A stretch of DNA of 64,000 bases from Nitrosopumilaceae archaeon (GCA_965207375.1 CBDBMG010000003.1:544001-608000); one strand, 5' to 3'; numbered from the stretch's first letter, positions 14,357 through 29,289 are shown. Notes: generated by a model from the sequence alone, not told the origin. Numbers and translations: made by a program.

Positions 14357-14495
<139 letters not shown>

Positions 14496-14800
14496 AATTT
14501 CCCGAACAAAAGAAATTTATAGAAACCAGGGGCATATCTTGTTTGCCTAAGAGTAATGCTATCATATTGTATAGCTACGTACGTATATTATACTGTAGAT
14601 ACATCTGTACCAGTATAGTGACATCACTGCCACTACGTATACTGTATGTTTGGATTTTTTACCGCTTAAATGTTGACAATGTGAGATGATAAGATAGTTG
14701 TGATCATTGTGTAGTAACTATAGCATTAAAATGAGAATAAACTAAAACCCACAATTACTTTGTATAAGTAGGACTATATAAGAACCTGCTAAATCTTTAC

Positions 14801-14870
14801 AAAGTGTTGATCTGACAGAAAATCTTCTTAAAAATTTTTGGAAGGCCTCTTCCTAGAGAAGAAGGCCTAC
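14801..14870 (+). ncRNA. Putative Sm-class small RNA gene, type I copy 1
   Basis: TATATAA at 14775; variable segment TGTTGATCTGACAGAAAATCTTCTT (14805-14829); Sm site AATTTTTGGA; hairpin AGGCCTCTTC-CTAGA-GAAGAAGGCCT. Confidence 0.6.
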
Positions 14871-15070
14871 ATAAGTACAAATATGAGTAATATTTATGTA
14901 TATTTGTGTAACTGGATTTGCCAAAAGATGATGTTGACATACACACAATAACCAAACACATCTTTCACCACTACTTGATAAGTCAGTTGTATATTATTTG
15001 TTTGTTGGTACGTAGGGATGTACATACGTATGTATGTATGTAATACTATATAAGGATTTGCTAAATTTTA

Positions 15071-15141
15071 AGGAAATGCAATTCCCATTTTCTGTTTCTT
15101 CATAAATTTTTTTGGGAGATCTCTTTGAAGAAAAGGGGCTT
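15071..15141 (+). ncRNA. Putative Sm-class small RNA gene, type II
   Basis: TATATAA at 15047; TGCAATTCCCATTTTCTGTTTCTTCAT; AAATTTTTTTGGG; CTCTTT-GAA-GAAAAG hairpin variant. Confidence 0.45.
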
Positions 15142-16064
15142 AAATTCATGTACATACGTCTTATGGGAACCACTAGTTACGTAGTTTGTTTTCAATATAG
15201 TTTTATGTTTCTTCTGTCTCCTAACAATATGTACATCTAATGTAGGTACATATGTAGACTGGTAATAGCACATATGGTATTGCATGGGAGAATCAAAGAT
15301 GTACGTAAGGCGTGCTAGCCAAGTCAAAGCAAGTGGTAACTGTCCAACAGTGAACAACATTTCACTCCCAGCAATCACTAACATCCTTGAAGATATGTAT
15401 GTTATGAAGATGTGTAAATGTTGGATACCATTTTTCTATGTACGTACGTACTATACGTAATCCCAAAATTACTACTATACTTCAGAGAAGGTCTGACACG
15501 ATAATAAGCGTTGCTAAATTTAAAACTGTAATTGCATATGTACAACTTGATCAAATGTATTGCAATTGCCGTTTAGAAAGGCAAAAGGATGCTTATACAT
15601 ATACATACCAATTAATCATTTTCTATATTGTCGGATTTTAGCTACAATGTAATCTTCTCATGCAGATTAAGGTTTAGTGATTCATTACGTGCATTAAAAT
15701 GAGGTTGACTGGTGTTGATTGCATCATTGGTTTAGGCTTAGAATGAACTTTTCGATTGATATACTTATATGTATATATTGTGTAATCTTACAAACCATTG
15801 AATTACCTGTGACAAACCTATTGTTCTAGTCTGTACATGTGATATACATGATGTATGTATGTGCATTAAAATGAAAGGTTGACTGGGGTTGATTGCACCA
15901 TTGGTTTAGGCTTAAAATGAACTTTTTGATGGATATACATAAATTGTATATATTGCATAGTTTAATCTTATAACCCTTTGAATTACCTGTGACAAATTTG
16001 TACCCTGCTAAGATTTTATACTGTATGATGGTTCGTAAGTTTCAAGGCATTCTTTGGTATGTAC

Positions 16065-17340
16065 TGTTTCACTCTTAGTATTACTTACTAATACAATACT
16101 ACATTGGTTACAAAATACTATGAAATACTTTATTGGGAATTTCTTAAGATCTTCCCAATTGCGTGGGAAGATCCCTATTATTTTCCCAACGCAATTGGGA
16201 AGATCTTTAGAAATTCCCAACTCAGTTAACATGATTACATAGTATCTCATAATCATTACATCATACATTACTTACAATGTTACAGTTATACTACATCTCC
16301 CTCCAAGCTGAATCTCAGCTTTGATAACGTTGTGGAGGGCGTATCTCAGTTCCAGTCTTTAAGCGAGTCTGAATACCAGTTGATTCTCTATGGATGACTT
16401 CAGGTGGTAAACAGCTTCTTTCACGTAACTGGGATCTATTCCTTCTAACTTGTCCGGATGGAACATTGACAAGTTCCGGAGCTGCTATCACTACATTTCC
16501 TGGGATTTACCCATTGGGTGGCATATCAACCCATACTGGAGAGTTATCAGGAAGATCAGGTAAATTTCTTGTTCTGTGACATTTATCATAATTTTTTTTC
16601 TGATTACTTCTGTATCTCTCCTCCCCTTCCCGGAAATCTTTCAAATAGGACCACTCTGGTTGGAATATCGTTGGGTGTTGAGGAACATCAGTTCTTATGA
16701 TATGTCCCATAAAAACCTGTGCTGGACTTAGCCCACACCATGGCAATGGTGTTGCCCTATAACTTAGCAAAGCCAAATAAGGATCTGTAGATTTTGTTAT
16801 TAATGATTTGATGGTTTTCACCGTACGTTCAGCTTATCCATTTGACTGATGATAATGAGGAGAGCTAGTGACATGGTGGAATCCGTAAGTGGATGAAAAC
16901 TGATTCATTTCATTGGAGATAAATTGTGGTCCATTGTCGGTGACAAGGGTAGCTGAGATTCCATGTCGAGCAAATATGGACTTTAGCACTGTGATGACAT
17001 TTGTGGAGGTAGTAGAGGTGAGTTTTTGTATTTCCACAAATCGTGAAAAGTAGTCAACTACTAGGAGGTACATCGTCTTGTTCAACTCAAATAAATCCGA
17101 TGCTACTTTCTCCCATGGATAGTTAGGGAGTGGAGACTTTATCATTGGCTGTCTTGGAAGAGTTGCCGACTTTTGGCATTCTGGGCAGGATTTGACTAAA
17201 GCTTCTATGTCTTTCGTTACTCCTGGCCACCACACTGAGTTTTTGACCCGTAAGCAACATCACTGGATCCCTTGGTGACCCTGGTGTATTTTCTGAAGAA
17301 TATTCTCTCTCATACTCTTGGGAACGACAATTCTTGCACC
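16065..17340 (-). mobile_element. Ty3/Gypsy LTR retrotransposon remnant (integrase fragment, PPT and 3' LTR)
   Basis: HQGHQG...WWPG...CPECQK...PWEKVASDLF...VDYFSRF...TDNGPQF...SPHYHQSNG, with a stop or frameshift. PPT GGAGGGAGA is followed by the LTR TG...CA at 16295-16065. Confidence 0.9.
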
Positions 17341-17648
17341 ATCACCAGTAAAGTGCAGTGTATTTCACTTTCATTGTTTTCCTTAAAATACAATTAACTA
17401 CGTATATATTACATCCTTGTGGTGAGGATAATCATCCATAACATCATGCACATATGTAATACTGTACCATGTCTCATGAGTATATCATAACATCACTGCC
17501 ACTACTGTATGTTTGAACTGTTTAACTGGTTAAATGTTGACAATGTGAGATGATAACATTGATAAGATGTGTAGTTTAGCTGTACATCATTGTATATGTA
17601 GCAAAGGAGGTGGAACAAAACCACAATTACTTTGTACAAGTAGGACTA

Positions 17649-18731
17649 TCATTAAGTACGGTAGTACTTAATAGTAGGGATTGGTAGGAAATTGTATGGC
17701 TTCGAGAAAATTTTGCGCTTTAAAAATCAACCTTGCAATAGGCTTTACCCAAAAAAACCGGCTGGAATCCATTGGTAAGGCTGTAATGATGCTGTACCTT
17801 GGTTAAATGAAATGATAAGTCGGATATTTCAACCTAGAGCCAACTTTGAAAATTTCGAAATTCACCTGTATTTCGTCTGCCTGCCAGCCTGCCAGCCTGC
17901 CGTAAGACCGGGTTGCGCTAGGTGTAGGGCTCCAGAAATTTCACACAACAAAGGTAATGGCGGCGGATTTACGAAAATCTTATTCCGAAGACGATTTGCC
18001 CACTGCGCCATGGTGATTTCCTTTATCCTTCATTCCTTTCCTTGTTCTTTATGTATTCCTTAGCAAGGTGCGAATGTCACCAAAGGTGACGATAGCCTGT
18101 AACGGCTTCTGCTTATTGCATCACACAAAAACCTGGCTTGCACGTGATATAATTATAATTAGTTACAGTGGCACGATGTTCGTATACTCCGTGTACTTTA
18201 TTACATCATAAACTTCGGGATTATAGCCTTGAACAAATAGCTTTTGCTGATTATTTGCTATCACACAGCTACTTTGCCATGTAAGCGCGCGTTGTTAACA
18301 AGCACCTGTAAACAAGCATAATTAATATGTAAGCGCATGTAACATTTTGTGTGCCTGCTGAAAGATTATTATGAATGCTTAGCATGTATAAAAAGTAAAC
18401 AAACTAGAATGATAAAAAAATTTAAAATTTAAAATGTAAGTAGGGATTGAATTTTGGATTCAATAGTGCTACAAAAAGTAAGGAAACAAGGAATAAGATT
18501 TTGGGACGAGAGAACATTCTGGCATGAGATAATTTATAAAAGTTTAATCCCTACTTTTGGCAAACCTGAAGTGAACCAAAAGTAGGGATTAAACTTTTAT
18601 AAATTATCTCATGCCAGAATGTTCTCTCGTCCCAAAATCTTATTCCTTGTTTCCTTACTTTTTGTAGCACTATTGAATCCAAAATTCAATCCCTACTTAC
18701 CTTTTAAATTTTTAATTTTTTATCATTCTAG
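17649..18731 (+). mobile_element. Helitron-like non-autonomous family B (TC...CTAG, ~330-bp terminal palindrome)
   Basis: Inserted at A|T without TSD (compare the empty site GGACTA|TATAAG). 5' hairpin TTAAGTACGGTAGTACTTAA; palindrome 18403-18732. Confidence 0.75.
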
Positions 18732-18812
18732 TATATATAAGAGTTTGCTAAATATGTGTACTTTTACCCATACAATTTTTGGAAGGTCTTTTGCAAATAA
18801 AATGAAAGAGCC
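18732..18812 (+). ncRNA. Putative Sm-class small RNA gene, type III (promoter split by family B)
   Basis: TATATATAAG...TGTGTACTTTTACCCATAC-AATTTTTGGA-AGGTCTTT...AAAGAGCC. Confidence 0.3.
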
Positions 18813-19036
18813 TGTGTATGTACGTACATACGTACATTACGTACTTAAGTATATTGTATAATGCTTTAACATACGTACGTAAACAAAGCATTGCTACGTA
18901 AATTTAAACCGGCTTTATACTCCAGTACTTTAGTGATAAAAGTAGTCTTACTGTAACATTATAGGACAGTCTTCTTTTATAACTTTCCATCAATGCTACG
19001 TATGGTTCAGGATTTACGTACATAGTAATGAAGCAC

Positions 19037-19975
19037 CAGTGGCGTAGCCAGAGAAATTTGATGCCCGGGCCACCGGAATACAGAACTTGTTTATGAAATG
19101 TAACCCATGTTGCATAGCTACTTCTGTCCTCATGCAGGACACATACACATGTCCATCTTCATATGGACATCAATATAGTTTTTGAAAATGCACTACACTA
19201 CACCCTACCTACAAGTGCATGCGTGAGAGAGCTAGCTATGTGTACCTTCATTGGAAGCACGAAGTTAAATCATCTATCTATCTATAATGACTATTGTGAA
19301 TAGAACTTGCTATGCTATACTCCTCAACCTACTCTAAACATAAAGCTGACTTCAGACCAGATTCATCGCAGCGACTTCTTGAATTTCGTAGCGCGTATAA
19401 AATAAAATCCCAGCACGTGATCCATCACCTTCATGATAACCATCCACCGAGCATTATTTCACTAGTGAAAATCACAAAACAACCGAAAACTAAACACCTG
19501 CTACATACCAGATAGCCAGAACTAATTTTGAGCAGTGAACACGTGGGGCTCGTACACGGATCAATCAGTGCATAAAATCCTAACAAGAATCCACTTTACG
19601 AAAACAAGATTCCGTCTTAACTTGGAGGTTAAACTGCCGTCTCTCGCATCAATCTGTAGTCTGCTATCCTGATTTGATGATTTACAAGATCACAATATTT
19701 ATTTTTAAATAGTTGTATCACCTGATCGATCTGATTTCGTTTTAGCATAGGAAGTTATTATTCTTATTAATGCACAACACACGCTTGCACTAAAAATCAG
19801 TCCATTGGGCCAAGAATAGAGGTTTGGGAAACTTCTTTGTGCTGTAAGAAATAGCTATATACATTTTTATAACTTGTACGCCATTTTTATAGCTGGGAAG
19901 GCTGCTGATGGTAGAGCAAAGTAACCTGATGCCCGGGCAGCTGCCCGGGTATGCCCGGGTCTGGCTACGCCTCTG
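19037..19975. mobile_element. hAT-type MITE
   Basis: TIRs CAGTGGCGTAGCCAG / CTGGCTACGCCTCTG; TSD TGAAGCAC/TGAAGCAT. Confidence 0.8.
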
Positions 19976-20211
19976 TGAAGCATGTTGTGAGTTACGTACT
20001 GCAAAAGAAGAGCAAGGTAATGCTGTATTGGCCATTCATTCCATAGTAAAAGCTGTTTAACCACTAACAAAATGGAGTGCTTCAGTTTTAAAAGTGGGCA
20101 TGCCATGCAGGTTACAAAGTTGCTATACAAAGAAACTGAAAAGCAGTAGGACTTGTTTGATTGGCTATTCAAACTTCATTTCACATGAATGGTTTTAATA
20201 GCCTGGGTGGT

Positions 20212-20313
<102 letters not shown>

Positions 20314-20470
20314 TTACCTCCCAGACAAAAGAAATTTTAGGTGTATGCCTGGTTTTAAAAAGATTTGGCAAGGATTGAAAAGCCACTGGAACCTGCCTAA
20401 GGGTAATGCTATCAAGCATAACTTGTTGAATTAAGCATGCATAATGTTTACTTATGCCTATACATGTATT

Positions 20471-21145
20471 ATTGGGGCGAGCCTGAGCGAGTCCCACACT
20501 GGGCGGTAGTCGATATATACGTTGCGAGCGTTGCGTGTGCAGCCTGTGAACGATAAAATACGATGGACAAGACATTCAAGTTTTGTATACGTTGCGAGCA
20601 TCGCGTTCGGACTGTGAACGATAAAATATGATGGACAAGCCATTCAAGTTTTAAACTGTTGAATGATGGGTGAAATATTTCCTACAAATACCCCTTCCAC
20701 GCTAGCAGGACACGAAGGCACGAAGTTAGAAATCTCCATTATGGCACCACGTGGTAAAGAGAAACACACGTGCACTCAGTTTAATTATAATTATGTATAG
20801 TTGTAATTATGGAGCAGTTGCTGCCATTTTATTGTGCATGTAGTCGCCTGTAGTTATACGTAGGTATAGAAAATGAAAGACTCATCAACCTGTTAGGTTA
20901 TTTTAAGTCGAATTAAAACGAAGACTGCAATTACTTCAACGCTTATTTTTTGATATGGCGTGCATGGCCAAGGGCATGCATGTGGCAACTAACATACCAA
21001 AAATTAACTTGAAGCATTGCAATTGAAGTTGATCAGCATTATTATTACTATTGCTTTACAGTACACAAACTGATTACACATAATAGATAAACGAATGTAA
21101 TCATTATCGGGCTCGCCCCCCATGATGCTTTTAACATCTGTCTAG
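20471..21145 (+). mobile_element. Helentron/Helitron2-like non-autonomous element
   Basis: TTGGGGCGAGCC start, GGGCTCGCCCC subterminal inverted repeat, CTAG|T end. Confidence 0.65.
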
Positions 21146-21365
21146 TATAGCGACGTACGTATGTTATACTGTAGATACACCTGTACCAGTATAGTGACAT
21201 CACTGCCACTGCTGTATGTTTGAGTTAACTGCTTAAATGTTGACAATGTGAGATGATAAGGTAGTTGTGATGATTGGGTAGTAACTATAGCTTTAAAATG
21301 AGAATAAACTAAAACCCACAATCACTTTGTATAAGTAATACTATATAAGAACTTCCTAATCTTAA

Positions 21366-21443
21366 CAACGCGAATACTACAAGTTACCTTAGTCATCTCA
21401 ACAAAAATTTTTGGAAGGCCTCTTCCTAGAGAAGAAGGCCTAC
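21366..21443 (+). ncRNA. Putative Sm-class small RNA gene, type I copy 2
   Basis: TATATAA at 21342; variable segment CGCGAATACTACAAGTTACCTTAGTCATCTCAAC (21369-21402); Sm site; identical 3' hairpin. Confidence 0.6.
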
Positions 21444-21513
21444 ATAAGTACAAATATGAGTAATATTTATGTATATTTGTGTAACTGGATTTGCCAAAAG
21501 ATGATGTTGACAC

Positions 21514-22792
21514 TATTGTTGTTTTAGTTAAAACTAAAAATAATTTTAATATATTTTAGTTAACTAAAACTAAAACTAAAACTAAAATTAATTGCAAGTC
21601 AGTACTAAAACTAAAACTAAAATTAATTGTGAGTCTAATTGTGAGTCAGTACTAAAACTAAAACTAAAACCAAAATTAATTGCGTGTCAGTACTAAAACT
21701 AAAACTAAAATTAATTGCAAATCAGTACTAAAACTAAAACTAAAACTAACTAAAACTAAGGGTAATTACGTCTTCAAATGGCATATTTGGTGCAATATAA
21801 TACTGTTTAAGCCTGTTTTTAATCAATACTAAAACTAAAAATAATTTTAGTAATTTTAGTTAAAACTAAAACTAAAATTAATTCAGAAATATTACTAAAA
21901 CTAAAACTAAAAGTATTTAGAAATATAACTAAAACTAAAAATACTTCAGAAATCTTACACTAAAACTAAAACTATTTCAGAAATCTAACTAAAACTAAAA
22001 CTAAAAATACTTCAGAAATCTAACTAAAACTAAAAATATATAAAACTAACAAGTTGACGTATTACCATCTAAAAACCAGGCGCTGTGTGCAAGTTAAACC
22101 ACTGTTAATCGACTGTATATTCAATGTATTATAATACTTCTTAATGACTTCACCAATAAGTCATGTGAGCAGAGACTCATCACTAAGGAACACATAGCAA
22201 CGCATGCGAATTTAATTCTTCTGTTTAAACCCGCTTTATACTCCAATACTTTAGTGATAAAACTTGTTTTATGCTGAAATTCTTACTATAGCACTATAGG
22301 CCAGTCTTCTTTTATAAGCTTCGCAACCCGCACGGCACGCCCACTTTTAAAACTGAAGAGCTCCATCTTGTTAGTAATGTACAACTGGTTAAAAGGCTTT
22401 TACCGTGTAATGAACGGCAAATACAGTGTTACCTTGCTCTTCTTTGGCAGTAACACACGACGCGCTTCGTAACTAAGGCCCCGCCCATCAACAGTATTGA
22501 TAGTAAGTGCCGTACAGAGAAACTGAAAGGCAGTAGGACTTGTTTGATAGGTTATTCAGACTTCATTTCTCGTGAATAGTTTTTAATAGCCTCGGGGGCG
22601 GACACACACACACACATACATCCGCACAGAAGTGATTTTAAGAAACCAGGTGCGCGCATGCCTTCGGCCGGCGCGTGCCTGGTTTAAAAATAATTCAGTA
22701 ATCTTAAAACTAAAATTAAAATTATTGAGCTACGTAAGTTACTAAAACTAAAACTAAAACTAAAATTACAAGGCCTTACTAAAACAACACTA
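21514..22792. mobile_element. hAT-type MITE rich in (AAAACT)n, with a nested repeat at about 22050-22688
   Basis: TIRs TATTGTTGTTTTTAGT / ACTAAAACAACACTA; TSD GTTGACAC/GTTGAGAC. Confidence 0.75.
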
Positions 22793-23079
22793 GTTGAGAC
22801 ACACACAATAACCAGACACACCTTTCACCACTACTTAACAGGTCAATTGTATATATTGTTTGTTTGTTTGTACGTAGGTACGTACATATGTATGTATGTA
22901 TGTATGTATGTAAGTATGTATTAAGGCTCAAACGAATAGTGGTTTGTAGTATTCGAATATTCTTTAATTATTGTGTCGAATATTCAAATATTCGTTTGTA
23001 TAAAGTACACTTGTTTTATAGTGTCAATTAGTTAACAATATAAAATTATTTGTTGTACATAATTCTTTACACCTGTTTA

Positions 23080-23892
23080 AATTATCTCATGCCAGAATGT
23101 TCTCATCCCAAAATCTTATTCCTTGTTTCCTTACTTTTTGTAGCACTATTGAATTCAATCCCTACTTACCTTTGAATTTTTAATTTTTTATCATTCTAGT
23201 GTGTATTATATGGCTAAATACATATACGTAGATCTTACACTGTTATCTTCATTGCTCACTATGGGATAATCTGCCTATGGGAAAAGCTATTTGTCCAAGG
23301 CTATAATCTGGAAGTTTATGATGTAATAAAGTACATGCGAGTACATGAAACACTGTACCTAATTATATCAAGTGTAAGCCAGGATTTTGTGTGACATAAT
23401 AAGCAGAAGCCGTTACAGGCTATTGTCACCTTCGGTGAGATTCGCACCTTGCTAAGGAATAAAGAAGAACAAGGAAAGGAATGAAGGATAAATGGAATCG
23501 CCATGGCGCAGTAGGTAAATCGTCTTTGGAATAACATTTTCATAAATCCACCGCCATTACTTTTATTGTGTGAAATTTCTGGAGCCCTACACCTAGCGCA
23601 ACCCGGTCTTATGGCAGGCTGGCTGGCTGGCTGGCAGGCAGGCAGGCTGGCTGGCAGGCAGACTAAATACAGGTGAATTTTGAAAATTTCAAAGTTGGCT
23701 GTACATAGGTCGAAATATTCAACTTGTCGTTTCGTTTAACCAAGGTGCAGCATCATTACAGCCTTACCAATGCATTCCATCTGGTTTTTTTGGGTAAAAC
23801 CTATTGCAAGGTTGATTTTTAAGCACGAAATTTTCCTGAAGCCGTACAATTTCTTACCCATCCCTACTATTAAGTACTACCGTATTTAATGA
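23080..23892 (-). mobile_element. Family B copy, truncated within the terminal palindrome
   Basis: Reverse complement of the 17649-18731 element, retaining one partial palindrome arm. Confidence 0.75.
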
Positions 23893-24629
23893 TATAATTA
23901 TTATAGTGATTGACGGTACACTTAATGTCAGTATTGTGAACTCACAGTAAAGCATTCTTATCAAGACTCACGATAGTGAGTTGCGAGGCCAAGAAGAAGC
24001 AGCCGTATGCGACGAATGAGTGAGTTATTTACACGTAGCACCGCTCTGAAATTTGAAAATGCTGTAATTAAGCCGCCACGACAGCTATCGCCTAGTTATT
24101 CAGGACTCAGCACGTTCTAACCATATAGAATTAGTAACCCAACAATGCAGGAAATCGGCACCACCAATCCTAAGTACCAGCCATTGCGAGTTTTATGGCA
24201 CCCGTTCGTGCACCCACGCTCGAAAAACCATCCCCTTGGCACCTATTCACTCGTTTACTAAACAAATAGTACCTTCAATGTATGAAGAATCGTTGACCTG
24301 AAGTTGTTTGATATCCATGACATGAGTTTTCCGTACGCATAAACTCCTTCCTTCCATCAAAAATATTTTAGGCGCCCGTCGTTTTTTTTCTTTCTTTCTT
24401 TTATTTTTATCGCACACTTTTTGTGCGCTTGCGCGTGAATTCCGGAATTTCTATTTGAAGTACTCACACTTGTTTATCTAATAACTCACTCATTTCTGCA
24501 TGGGTTTAAAGCCACCGCAAACCGTTTATCGAATATCCTATTGGAAAACGGATAACACCACGTTGTTCTTGAGGTGTTAAGCTTCTTTGTTGTCTAAGAA
24601 TTTCTTCGTTTCGGTTTATATAGCGCGAG

Positions 24630-27257
24630 ATGGATCCTACGGCGGCGTTGGGCTCTATAATCGGTGGCTCCGACTTCGATGACTCGGAAGGAGATACTTC
24701 AGATGAATTTACCGGTGTTGAGGATCAGGCGCCACCTAGCCTTGACAGATTGAGTCTTTACAAGGTTTGTTTTGTTACATTCAAGGTCATTTTTACGAAC
24801 TGTTGTTCATTATGGAGAAGAAGATAAACTCGCTTCACTTTGACGTTTTCTTTTTATCTAGGGGAGTCAAAACGACAGCGGGGAGGAGAGCAGTGGGGGG
24901 AAAGATGAGTCAACGGCTGAGGAAGACTCCGACGACGAAGAGGACGACGAAGAGGACGACGAAGAGGACCCAGAACAAGGTACGAGTAGTACATACCATA
25001 CACTTGGGCAAAAAAGGCAACGGCCCACCGTTACCACACCCATAGCTGGTAGAAAAACTTGCCGCCGTGTAGCAAAGAGGAGGCGGATTATTCCCTTACA
25101 AACACGGTGTAGTACTCCTGATAGGTCTCCTTGTGCAGCTGATTCTCCTAGGCTTGATTCCCCAGTTTTAGCTGCGCCTGATACGCCTTCTGTTTTTTCT
25201 TTCAGGTCTGAGTCCCCCCCTGTTTTGCCTTTTGTTTTGCCTTCACCTGTTCCTTTTAGATCTGAGTCCCCTGTTTCTGATACGTCTTTTGTTTTGCCTT
25301 CACCTGTTTCTGATATGCCTTTTGTTTTGCCTTCACCTGTTTCTTTTAGGTCTGATTCCCCTGTTTCTGTTAGGCAGGAGACTCTTACATCTAGGTCTGC
25401 TTCACCTGATTTACCCCGGGCTGAAGGGAGGGGACGGAGAGCGAGGGGACGGTCAGCGAATGTATCGGCAGTGAGGGGACGGGCAGCGAGGGGACGAAGG
25501 AGCCATGACAGTTCTGCTAGTTCCTCTGCTTTAGATACTAGCTCTACCAGCCATGTTTCCACTCCCAGTGTACGGCGGAGTAGTAGTGGCCTTGATGAAT
25601 CTCCTATTTATTGTCCCAGTAAGGATACTCCTACTGCTCTTAGGTGGCCTGTTCAGGATCCATTCACTGAGGAGGTTGGACCAACAAGCCCTCTTCCTGA
25701 TACTGCCACTGCATTAGATTTTTTCTTACAATTATTTGACCATGACCTCTTGCAACACATTGTGACGCAGACAAACCTGTATGCCACCACAAGGGAGGGT
25801 CATCGTGCAGAGTGGGAAGATTTGACTGTACCTGAATTGCAGTCATTTTTGGGTACCGTTCTTTTGATGGGCGTACATGTTTTGCCTACCATAGAAAGCT
25901 ACTGGTCCACTAATCTTTTTTTGGGAGCCTCGAATGTTGTTCTTTCATTCCCTAGGGACCGTTTTACACAGATTTTGAGGGAACTGCACTTCAACGACAA
26001 TTCTAGTGCAGTAGAACGGGGTCAACCTGGGTATGATAGGGGATACAAGATAAGGCCTGTTGTAGATAGTATCCGGGAGAAATGTTTGTCCTTGTATAAG
26101 CCACACAGAGAAAATTCTGTAGATGAGGCCATGGTCAAATACAAAGGTCGATCTCTGCTGAAACAGTACATGCCAATGAAACCCATCAAGCGTGGATTCA
26201 AGGTTTGGTGTAGGTGTAATGCACACACTGGGTTTACATGCTGCTTTCAAGTTTACTTGGGAGCAACTGACTCAGCAGAGAAGAACCTTGGTGTTAGAGT
26301 CACCATGGATATGGCCCGGGACCTATTTGGTAAAGGTTACCATGTGTATTGTGATAACTTTTTCACCTGTCCCCAATTAGCAATCCAACTGCTAAAAGAA
26401 AAGACCTACTGCATTGGTACCGTGAAGAAGAATAGGCGTGGGTTTACAAATTTCAGTGATAGGCAAATAAAAGGTTTGAAGAAAGGGGAGGATATTTCAA
26501 ATATAGAATTTTTGTCACTAGAGGATACACTCCCCACGGTCCATCCTCCTGCTGAAGCATCTGTAAATGATGCCGATCCCATGGACGAGGTTGTTCCTAC
26601 TGGCAGTAGTGAGGTTGTTGTCCCTAGTAGTAGTGGGGTTGTCCCTAGCAGTAGTGATGATGATAACCCTTCTCACTACCCAATTCATTGTTTCTGTTGG
26701 CAAGATAAAAGGGCAGTTTTTTTGTCAACACTGTTACCAACCCCAGGGCAGTTACCAGTGTACGTAGGAAACAGAGGGATGGGTCCTCAATTAATTTCGC
26801 TTGCCCTGAATCTGTGAGTTTGTACAACAAGTACATGGGAGGGGTGGATATGGCTGATGCTATGCGTAGGGTGTACACTTGTACACGCAAGTCTAAGAAA
26901 AAGTGGTACATGCGACTGTTTTGGTTCCTTCTGGATACATGTGTGGTGAATGCTTACATCCTACGGAAAGAGAGCCCGAATCATACTAAGCGGATGAGTC
27001 ATCTGAATTTTGTAGTAGAGCTTGCCCAACAGTTGATACTACAGTGTGATTCCCGTAGGAATCTTGGAAGGGTCCCGGCTATGCCATCCAGTGAGGCTCG
27101 ATATACCAAGCATGTACCCTGTAAGTACCCTACTCAACGTAATTGTAAGGTGTGCGCAAATAACAAACGTCGGTCACGTACTATGTATGGGTGTGTAGAG
27201 TGTCAATTGCCTTTTTGTATACCCGAATGTTATGCTATATACCACTCCAGAAGGTAA
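24630..27257 (+). CDS. piggyBac (PGBD4-like) transposase with one intron (24765-24861) and a 1-nt frameshift in T7 (26717-26723)
   Basis: DDD motifs SVDEAM, YCDNFF and MGGVDMAD; KQYMPMKPIKRGFKVW; C-terminal Cys-rich domain CKVC...CVEC..PFCIPECYAIYH. The phase-0 GT-AG intron joins an acidic N-terminus in frame. Confidence 0.9.
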
Positions 27258-27419
27258 GTTCTATAAGTAGTGTAAGTTGTAGGGTGGGTGGGTAGGTGGG
27301 TGGGTAGGCCAAGGGGAAAAGGGAAGGGGAAGGGAAGGGAAGGGGGGGGGAATGGGGGGGGGGATGGGGGAACACGAAGGGGGGAAATGTCCACCATCAG
27401 GGATGGTTGGCTATGGGAT

Positions 27420-28676
<1,257 letters not shown>

Positions 28677-29289
28677 GAACAAGTGTCAAACCTCCTCGTG
28701 GTGTTCGACGGGCAACAGCAATTACTGCTGGCTAATATGGCACCGTAAATTGGGAAACTTGATGAATGCATCATCATTCTATGTTTTATTTTTGCCAAAT
28801 TGTTCTAAGTCAGGATTTGCTAAGTTTCCCCATTTGCGGTATTTGTAGAATTTGAAGCTGCTACTAGCAGCCTAATTTCAAAGAAGCACAACTAATTGTT
28901 GTTATAATATTAGAGCCTTGGCTCAAGCAATAATTTGTGAAGTTGTACCGTAAATTGGGAAACTTTGCTAAACTTGATGAATGCATCATCATTTTATGTT
29001 TTATTTTTGCCAAATTGTTCTAAGTCAGGATTTGCTAAGTTTCCCCATTTGCGGTATTTGTAATGATGGGAGGCCAATACCCTACCATCGAAAGTTGATA
29101 GGGCAGAAATTTGAATGAACCATCGCCGGCGCAAAGGCCATGCGATTCGAGGAAACTGCTACTATTACAGCTGTGCGATTCTTTACCGGCCACAACAACA
29201 ATGCTGCCCAGTTGTACCGTTTGTCTATCGTGGCACCTCCATTGCCTATTCCAATTCTTCTCATCTGGATTGATGTTATCAAAAAAATT

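Noticed and set aside
14783-14870. Spliced-leader RNA interpretation (leader AACCTGCTAAATCTTTACAAAG plus Sm site)
   Set aside because: There is no conserved GT donor after the constant part (absent in copies 2, 3 and 5), and the TATA spacing places most of it upstream of the likely TSS. This is disfavoured but not fully excluded; check mRNA 5' ends.
24867-25562. 231-aa minus-strand ORF
   Set aside because: It is the antisense shadow of the repetitive N-terminal region of the piggyBac transposase.
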